A stretch of DNA of 63,686 nt, filler included, from Lenisia limosa (taxonomy: Eukaryota; Protista; Breviatea), in the NCBI GenBank assembly GCA_001655205.1. It is 11 parts of 11 records of this genome, joined end to end, with 100 filler letters (N's around TTAATTAATTAA, not from the genome) between each part and the next. Parts side by side here need not be neighbours in the genome. Positions count along the whole stretch, not along the records: positions 51,572 to 57,340 come from LPNZ01004119.1; positions 57,441 to 59,793 come from LPNZ01005315.1; positions 59,894 to 61,055 come from LPNZ01009097.1; positions 61,156 to 62,464 come from LPNZ01004125.1; positions 62,565 to 63,686 come from LPNZ01004118.1; 6 more parts are not named here. The stretch is one strand, 5' to 3'. Below are positions 55,901 through 63,686 of this stretch, one piece after another. The first letter of the stretch is position 1. Every line of letters begins with the position of its first letter. The translations under genes and the position numbers were made by a program. The notes under the pieces were generated by a model, which did not search any database, was not told where the DNA came from, and was given only the letters and a program-made list of their open reading frames with translations.

Positions 55901-56988
55901 TTCAGAATAGACAAGAAATGTCATAGCAAATCACTAACTGACAAATAGTTCACATTACGCCACCAACCTGGATACAGAAGGCCTCAATAGCGCCAAGTTC
56001 AGAGGTTGAACCGATGAGGAAGGCAATCTAAACAACAGTAAATTAAATATATCATTTGTCTGCTTCATATGCTAACACGGAACAATAATGTTGTATTCCC
56101 AATTACAATAGAAATGAGTGCGACAGCCAAGGTGTTGACAGATGCTGCTGAGAGAGTCTCACCCATACGCTTCTGTGAATTGTTAAATAATACTAAAATC
56201 AAATGTAATCTCAAATGTCAAAAAAGTATGAACCTTTGAAATAAACTTGCTTCACATTTAATGATATTAAACAAAGAGTTATACCCACTCTTATGGGATC
56301 TTCAGTGTTGGTGGAGGAAAATGGAGCAATGATGAGGAAAGCGTTGTCAACTCCGACTCCTTGGATCAACAGGGGGAGGAAAACCGCCTAAAGTAAACAT
56401 TAAATTAGTAACACAATGCAAGGATGCTTGCATAATCTGAACTAGACCAGGCTTACAATTGCTGAAAAGGGGTAGCCCAGGATGAAAGATGTAGAGAAAC
56501 CCATGATAACAGCCATGATAATAGAAACCAGCGCACATATAGCCTAAGATGATGAGAACAAGATTCAACAACAAGATTTGATAATTAATGAAAATATAAT
56601 CATGAAATGTCAATGCCAACAGGGTAGGGACGGGCTAAGAGCCAGTTTCTCTTGCCAAGGGAGTATGACAGGTAGAAGATCATGATCACAAATGCGAGGA
56701 GGAAGAGGATGATGTCACCAAAGACAGACTCCATTGCCGCATCGTCGATGGATCTCTGTGGGGATAAATCTTGGCTCAACAAGGAGGGTAGAGAAAATTA
56801 TCATTATTAACTCTGTTTTAAGAGGGAAATAATTGTATTCATAAAGCCAAAATCCACCTTGAAAAGCAATCCTCAAACCGTGGCAGAGTAAGTGACGACA
56901 TAACCACTCGGACTGTAGTTATCATAGAAGTCTACAAGTTCGCCCTCCCAGTCAAAGGCAACATCGTCCGAGTCTTCGTGCTTCACCA
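52942..56988 (-). CDS. NPC1/Patched-family (RND-type) sterol-sensing-domain membrane protein, 5' part missing
   Basis: RSIDDAAMESVFGDIILFLLAFVIMIFYLSYSLG; SSD motif LPLLIQGVGVDNAFLII; RMGETLSAASV; GAIEAFCIQ...FPALLVLDERR; second half IGLLVDLCLH, VGASIFNGGLSTFLAV, FKSFFYMV; stop at 52942. Confidence 0.85.
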
Positions 56989-57487
56989 CTAAAGCGTAAA
57001 AGGATTAAATTACGAGATATTTCGTAAAGAACGGCAATGTCAATTTACAAAAGTATGACATATCTACCATATGGTGAAAATAGATGGAATAGTTGAAGAA
57101 AATGAATAAGTTTGACAGTTAACAAAAACTTGAAATAATCGCCAACCCACAGAAATAAGAAGCTCTCAAAGCAGTGGCGTCAAGGAATTTGTCTGGAATG
57201 TTAATAAGTATACAATATTCTAATACAAGTAACGAAATCATTCTGATACGATTTTTTTTATCTCATCATACCATTTTCGTCAAAAGAAATACCTCCAGCA
57301 ATAGTAGTCAGAAGACCAAGTTCAAAGCCTTCAAACAGCGNNNNNNNNNNNNNNNNNNNNNNNNNNNNNNNNNNNNNNNNNNNNTTAATTAATTAANNNN
57401 NNNNNNNNNNNNNNNNNNNNNNNNNNNNNNNNNNNNNNNNTGAGAAGGAAAGGTTTTGGGTAAAAATAACTAGTGTCCTGCCCCACC

Positions 57488-57587
57488 CATCGCTCCACAT
57501 CGGTACGAAAAAGACCAGTAAAATATCGATATTTCTCGAGGATTTCGCGAGAAAATCAGTCTTTTTTCGAATCAAAGTGAAGCTCTA
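57488..57587. mobile_element. hAT-type MITE (family B), diverged
   Basis: CATCGCTCCACATCGGTACG...CGAATCAAAGTGAAGCTCTA; flanks GCCCCACC and GCCCCAAC (7/8). Further partial copies at ~24850, ~43977, ~60314, ~62335 and ~63355. Confidence 0.75.
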
Positions 57588-57769
57588 GCCCCAACCACAC
57601 CCCACAAACCATTATCAGTTTTTCGATCCATCATGAGATGGAAGGCTGTTTGGGCTGAACGGATGTTGGAATGTTTCGTGATAAAAATATCTCCTAAACA
57701 TTAAGACGGTAGTGTGAGTTACTTTATACGTCTTCGATATGCCACAATATCGATATTTCACGGTTCTTT

Positions 57770-59480
57770 CCACCCATACCACCTGCTATCACAGGCCATA
57801 CACTGACCGCGATCAGTCCTGGACTCATGATATTGAGCTGTATATTTTGTCAATCGTGCCAAGACTTATCGCGGTCAGTGTGAGTGGAATAAATCGCTCT
57901 TTACCGCGTGCTGAGGTCTCCCCCACCCACCCGGATCTTTATATGTATTTTTATTAGTTTTTATTAAAGTTTGCATTTTTCTCTGACCATACCAGGTTGG
58001 ATAAACGGCTCGTCACTACCACGGCCCTCTGCTGCGACCTGTATATTGTTAGTAAAAGAGGATAAAATGATTGAATGATTTCGCTTTCAAAAAAAATCAC
58101 TCTCCAAATCCATAATTATCTAAAACGCAATTATCTTTAAAACATATCCGATAGGTATATACAGTGATCGGGATACGTCTTGACCGATTTCCCTTGGGAA
58201 ATCACATTGCAAATTCTAATCGCGATTTAGATTGAGATGCAAGGTTTACATTTCCATATCCATGCTTAAGGATCCAAGCTTTGTGAAAAGAAACAGATCC
58301 CAGTACCCATAGATGCGACTAATCCCCCCCCCCCCCNNNNNNNNNNNNNNNNNNNNNNNNNNNNNNNNNNNNNNNNNNNNNNNNNNNNNNNNNNNNNNNN
58401 NNNNNNNNNNNNNNNNNNNNNNNNNNNNNNNNNNNNGGAACTCGGCACTTGCGTCAGCTAAGGCTGCAAAAGAGGCGTTTGGCATTACGGCCGCGCCATC
58501 GTCAGAGGGCCAGCCCGGTACAAGGACGCCGTGAAGCTGCTCGCTGTAGAGGAATAGGGCAACTTCGGATCTGGGCCGGGTTATTTTAATTTCGAATTTT
58601 ATTTTTGGGAGAACACAAATATTGCATGTATCAATTAACGAAAGGAAAAGACAAATACAAATCAATAATCCACATTCTAGGTTAAAGCAGAATATATTCA
58701 ATACGTAACGTTAATAGCGCCAAATTATGTTCAAAATGTCACCAAAATCTGTAAGATAAATCCTGCGTTAAACAAAAAAAAAACAAAAAAAAAACACACT
58801 CACCTCTGAGCGATTCTGATTTCTGGTACCGGGCTGAACTGACAGTACCCGGGGACCCCGGCAACTTGGACGTTGATAGTGAGGTGGAACTGGCGCTGGT
58901 GGTGTCAGAAATGAAGTTCAGAAATTAAGAGTAGGTTTCACTTTGGTAGAAAAAAAGACCCAGTTTATAGTTATATCTTATACATAGCTATGTAATATAT
59001 ATCATAGTGTATCATTATAAGATGTCATATACAATAGCAGTATATGATTAAACGATGACAAGTAGCTGTATTTAATTGCACAAAGTTGTAAGGCAAGGTG
59101 AATTAATGTTCAATATCTTTTATAAGCGTGATGGTGTGGATGGCTTCGGCAGATAAAACCTTGTTTTTACTAATTTCCCATTGCTACATAAATAAATCGT
59201 CCCAACTTGGCTGCCTAGAGCTACATTGAAGGACTCGGATGGGAGGTCCATTGGGAGGGGTCGCGGCAGATCTTCATCACCTAGAGAGTCAAAATTCTTC
59301 AAAGTTCTTTCCTTTGTTTTCGGTTAACAAAGAGATGTATCGATCAATTGATTGGAGAGGGGATAGGAAACAGTCTTAAAAAGAGGAGACAAACCCAACA
59401 TTCACCCAAAGCCGAGCCCACACTCAAGCCAGTCGACTTCGTCTTTAGGTTGAACACTCACTGAGCCTACATCACGTCAG
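57770..59480 (-). CDS. Hypothetical protein fragments (reading frames ambiguous)
   Basis: GC-richer blocks bounded by YAG and GT at ~57975-58030, ~58440-58545, ~58805-58900 and ~59205-59285. Confidence 0.25.
57801..57880. mobile_element. 80-bp inverted-repeat element (MITE-like)
   Basis: CACTGACCGCGATCAGTC ... GACTTATCGCGGTCAGTG (17/18 inverted match); flanks TA and TG. Confidence 0.5.
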
Positions 59481-59667
59481 CAAAGATGGTAGTACAACTT
59501 ATGCGCATTGACTTAGCAGTGAATGGACTTAAGATTCTTATGAAAGAAAAGGTTGGAATTATTTACATGTGAATCCCATATGTGGAAACAAATATGTACA
59601 GAGGGACTTTCGCTTTCAAATCTAATGACTGACTGAAATAAACGAGATTTTTATTTTTTTGTACATA

Positions 59668-59743
59668 CAGTGACCGGATATGTCTTGACCGATTTTCGTT
59701 GGGAAATCATAGAACAAATCGGTAAGACTTATCCCGTTCACTG
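59668..59743. mobile_element. Tc1/mariner-like MITE (family E) with TA TSD
   Basis: TA|CAGTGACCGGATATGTCTTGACCGATT...AATCGGTAAGACTTATCCCGTTCACTG|TA; truncated copy at 58162-58203. Confidence 0.75.
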
Positions 59744-60004
59744 TACATAAAATATATGAACATGATATTTGGACATTCATAGATAATAATATANNNNNNN
59801 NNNNNNNNNNNNNNNNNNNNNNNNNNNNNNNNNNNNNTTAATTAATTAANNNNNNNNNNNNNNNNNNNNNNNNNNNNNNNNNNNNNNNNNNNNATTTATT
59901 TTCCAAATACTACTGAGCCAAAGAGTTGTTTCTTTTTTTGGAAAAAAAAAAAAGTCACTTTTCATATCCCAGATAACATGAGTACTTCCCTTTTCACACC
60001 TCAG

Positions 60005-61042
60005 ACAACAAGATCACTATTGACGGACGTACCGACATCACTTTCACCGAGAACGTCAAGATGCGTTATGAGGCCTATGGATGGCAGGTAAGAGTCCTAA
60101 ATTCTCACAATTCACCCCCTCCAATTTTGCCTGGGCTTTGTTTTTTTGTTACCCTCGAGTGTTGTCAGCCAACAGAGTTGATTTTGGGCTTTTTTTTCGG
60201 TTCATAAAACTTCCAATTTTACTCCTCTCAGGTTCTGACTGTTGCCGACGGCAATAACGACGTCAAGGCCATCATCGCCGCCATTGAGGAGGCCAAGGTG
60301 GGGGGGGGAATATTAGTGCTTCACTTCGGCTCGAAAAAAGATTGAATAATCCTCGAAAATATACTTTTCCGGGTTTTTTGTAACTTTCTATGTTAACTCT
60401 ATTTAGAAACTTACCCAATTGAGAAACTTCATTTAGAAACTTACTATATTTTAGAAACTTACCCTATTTAGAAGGAGGAAAACAAGCCCACCCTCATCAT
60501 GGTCAACACCACCATCGGTTTCGGTGCCCCCAAGCAGGATACCCCCAAGGTGTGTGGGTTGTTACGTTGTTATCAACCCTTGTGTGTTGTCAGTCAACAG
60601 AGTGTTTCATAATTTTTCCAATTTTACCCCCCAGGTCCACGGTTCTCCCCTTGGAGCCGAAGGTATCAAGGAGGCTAAGGCCAAGCTCGGCATGCCCACT
60701 GACAAGGTACGCGGAGGAGGGATATTGGTTTCAACGACTGTTGCTCTTTAGGGGGTATTGGTAGTAGTGTATTTTCAACGTTCGTGTGTTGCTAGCCAAC
60801 AGAAGTGATTTTGGTCTTTCTCATATTGTGATAGAAAATTCCATTTATTTTCCAATGGGATGCGGTGCTGTAGAAGTGACTGGCCCGGGCTTTGTTTTGT
60901 TGTTCTCAGCCCTCTTGTGTTGTCAGCCTACGGAGTTGATTTTGGCCTTTTTTTTGTTTCACAAATATTCCAATTTCACCCCCTCAGCTCTACTACGTTC
61001 CCGATGACGTTCGCGCCATCTACAACGCCCAGGCCAAGAAGG
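60005..61042 (+). CDS. TKT: Transketolase, internal exons (60005-60087, 60232-60297, 60472-60549, 60635-60706, 60988-61042)
   Basis: DNKITIDGRTDITFTENVKMRYEAYGWQ/VLTVADGNNDVKAIIAAIEEAK/KEENKPTLIMVNTTIGFGAPKQDTPK/VHGSPLGAEGIKEAKAKLG; all splice in frame; matches the TPP-binding region and the HGxPLG motif. Confidence 0.93.
60128..60987 (+). mobile_element. Family A cassettes ending transketolase introns 1, 3 and 4 (60128-60231, 60555-60634, ~60780-60835, 60855-60987)
   Basis: Each ends ...TTCATAA...TTCCAATTT(T/C)AC(T/C)CC..AG at the in-frame acceptor. Confidence 0.85.
60405..60471 (+). repeat. Tandem duplication of the acceptor region (TTTAGAAACTTAC x4-5)
   Basis: TATTTAGAAACTTACCCAATTGAGAAACTTCATTTAGAAACTTACTATATTTTAGAAACTTACCCTATTTAG|AAGG. 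Confidence 0.75.
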
Positions 61043-61281
61043 GTGGGGGGGGGGGNNNNNNNNNNNNNNNNNNNNNNNNNNNNNNNNNNNNNNNNNNNNT
61101 TAATTAATTAANNNNNNNNNNNNNNNNNNNNNNNNNNNNNNNNNNNNNNNNNNNNAAGGGGTGCTGAAAATAGCTGCATTCGTTTTGCCTGTTGAAACAC
61201 CTATAAAAACCCCATTAGAATACCCATTATAATCGTATGGATGCGGAAAATAGTTGCATTCTTACCGGAGGAGGGAGGGGC

Positions 61282-63560
61282 TTAGATTTTCTCGGAGTAC
61301 TCTTTGTGGAACGTGTCGTATTCATAGCTGGGGGGGGGGGGGNNNNNNNNNNNNNNNNNNNNNNNNNNNNNNNNNNNNNNNNNNNNNNNNNNNNNNNNNN
61401 NNNNNNNNNNNNNNNNNNNNNNNNNNNNNNNNNNNNNNNNNNNNNNNNNNNNNNNNNNNNNNNNNNNNNNNNNNNNNNNNNNNNNNNNNNNNNNNNNNNN
61501 NNNNNNNNNNNNNNNNNNNNNNNNNNNNNNNNNNNNNNNNNNNNNNNNNNNNNNNNNNNNNNNNNNNNNNNNNNNNNNNNNNNNNNNNNNNNNNNNNNNN
61601 NNNNTCCTTGCATGTTCCTGTGAAGCTTTTGTTGGAGACATAATAAATCCTAGATTAATCCCCAATTAATCCCCAGAAAACCTCAATAAATCCACAAAAA
61701 AACCTAAAAAAAAAGTCGATAAACCAAGGCATACCTTGTCTCCAAGAATATATATCCCCATAACCACTCGATAAAATCCGAAAACCCTTGATAAAACCCC
61801 GAAAAATCTTGATCAAAATCCCGAAAAATCCCAAAAAACTTCTAAAAACCCCGGAGAAGGCATACCTTGTCTCTAAGTACTGTACGCTTTTCTTGGCAAT
61901 TTGGTCCACACCCAAACCGGGGGACTGCAGGGGGGGGGGGGTAAAATTGGAAAAATTTATGAAACAAAAAAGCCCAAATCGACTCTGTTGGCTGACAACA
62001 CACGAGGGTTGATAACAACAAATACAAAGCCCAGGCTAGTCGCTTCTGTAGCACCGTATCCCATCACTCGGGAAGAAGGAAGGGGTAAAATGGGAAATTT
62101 ATGTGGGCGGGGGACTCCCATATATACAGTTTAGTTAGTCTAGATTATATTTAACGCATATTGCTCTTATCAATCCCAAAAGTTGAGCTAACCTGGAGGG
62201 AAGGGTCATTCGCAAGTTCCTCCAAAAATGCCTGGTAAAGTAAGGTGAAAATGTAGTGGAAAAGTGAGATGACAATATAAGTCATCCCCCCTGACAGCGA
62301 TAATGAATCTGACCGCGATAATTTGAAAGTTTTATTTTTCGAACCGAAGTGAAGCCCTACCAAACCATATAATATAACCCCCCCTCCCCAACCTTATCCG
62401 CGTAAATTGGTCCGAGAAGAGATCGCTCAGATCTATCCACTGGTGCTGAAGTGGCCGACATGTTNNNNNNNNNNNNNNNNNNNNNNNNNNNNNNNNNNNN
62501 NNNNNNNNTTAATTAATTAANNNNNNNNNNNNNNNNNNNNNNNNNNNNNNNNNNNNNNNNNNNNTATTGACTGGAATAATCCCAATATCGTAAACGTCTT
62601 GTTCGAAGGCATGATCAAAGTCAGTCCCCTTCTCTTTTAATTTCTTGGCCTAAATTTTTCCTTCTCATAATGGAGCCGATTTTCAAACTATGTTCGTCTC
62701 GCTTCTATCGTGAGGGGGGTTTCTGTATTCTGTTATTCTCTCTCAAATACGTTAAAATATGATACGTTTTTCCATTTCAGAAAAAGAGGTATTTTTGGGT
62801 TGAAAATTCGAACCTGACAAACAAGGATTCATTGTATCTTGGATTCTTGACATCGTAGTAGGTAACTTTTAACATCATAATTGGAACATACTTTCTCAGC
62901 GTCTCCGGGAGGAGTAAAACGAAAGAAATTTCGATGAAGAATATTGCCGTAAAGGTAGTGGAGAGAGTAACATATTATCACCCCCCCCCCCCCNNNNNNN
63001 NNNNNNNNNNNNNNNNNNNNNNNNNNNNNNNNNNNNNNNNNNNNNNNNNNNNNNNNNNNNNNNNNNNNNNNNNNNNNNNNGTGAGACGGACGCGCAACAT
63101 GGGGACTTGGTGAGCGGTTAATCGCAGCCCGGTGGGAGCTGACGCCGTCAAACGTCAAATCCACGCCAGTACTGGCGCAAAATACGTAGTGACCTGGGGG
63201 GATTATATGCGGGTAAAATGAAAAATTTATAAAAATAATAAAAAGCCCGAAATGTTCTAATAGTCTAATAGTTTGTGGGCGCCAAGGGACGCGTGAGCGC
63301 GGATATATGGTAATTTGTTAAGATGGTATTCCTATGTATCTTTCTTTTCCGAAACACCTGTAAAATATTGATATTTATCGACGATGTATCGAGAACTCAG
63401 TCTTTTTTGGAACCTGAAGCTCTAAAAAACCCTCACCTTTCGGGCTGAATTGTGCATTTACTCCTCGAGGGGGGGAGAACCCTCTCCCAGTGTATTCTTC
63501 TACGACGCCGCAGGTCCTCAGATCGACAATGACTAGTGCGTGGCTTGCAGCGTCGGTGGT
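61282..63560 (-). CDS. Hypothetical protein, 3' exons (spans a linker; continuity unverified)
   Basis: ATTDAASHALVIVDLRTCGVVEEYTG, HYVFCASTGVDLTFDGVSSHR, AFLEELANDPSLQ/SPGLGVDQIAKKSVQYLETR, terminal YEYDTFHKEYSEKI*. Confidence 0.45.
61925..62067 (-). mobile_element. Family A cassette, complete ungapped copy ending at the splice acceptor
   Basis: Minus strand: GTGATGGGATACGGTGCTACAGAAGCGACTAGCCTGGGCTTTGTATTTGTTGTTATCAACCCTCGTGTGTTGTCAGCCAACAGAGTCGATTTGGGCTTTTTGTTTCATAAATTTTTCCAATTTTACCCCCCCCCCCCTGCAG|TCCCCC. Confidence 0.9.
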
Positions 63561-63686
63561 GGCTAAGTAGATTAGTTAGGAAAATGGGAAGACGGTGCAT
63601 TGGACTGTACTGTGGATGGCAAGGGTAAGATGAATGGTGTGTTTAAAGCGACTTACAATTTATCAAAAATATTCAATATTATAGCA

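Noticed and set aside
61925-62067. Family A as a C/D snoRNA or tRNA-derived SINE
   Set aside because: GTGATGG is only a weak C-box match with no terminal CTGA D box; no convincing A/B boxes or poly(A) tail.
61282-62240. SEC22/longin domain suggested by AFLEEL and YEYDTF
   Set aside because: Spacing and intervening sequence do not fit, and the frame stops soon after with no SNARE or TM region.

Overview
This is a draft-quality, very intron-rich genome of a probably unicellular eukaryote (species not identifiable from the sequence). It is built from at least 11 contigs joined by artificial 100-nt linkers (44 N + TTAATTAATTAA + 44 N), so gene order across linkers is not trustworthy. Recognisable genes, mostly partial and split into small exons: RNA polymerase II largest subunit (RPB1), a DH-PH RhoGEF, transketolase, an NPC1/Patched-family sterol-sensing-domain protein, a very large single-pass FN3/REJ/GPS surface protein, an HPS5/TECPR2-like beta-propeller, the C-terminal ear of an AP-4-beta-like adaptin, a Cys-rich protein built from 75-nt modular exons, and several hypothetical proteins. 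The most striking signal is in the introns. A ~150-nt repeated cassette (GTGATGGGATGCGGTGCTGCAGAAGC...TTCCAATTTTACCCCCCAG) recurs at least 15 times, always in the sense orientation of its host gene, and usually supplies the 3' splice site. It looks like an introner-like or splice-acceptor-donating element. Introns also hold hAT-type MITEs with 8-bp TSDs, Tc1-like and CACT-ended MITEs, a UUCG-hairpin repeat, G-rich 5' ends, C-rich 3' ends and repeated duplications of splice sites. All exon structures were read by eye and gene boundaries are approximate.
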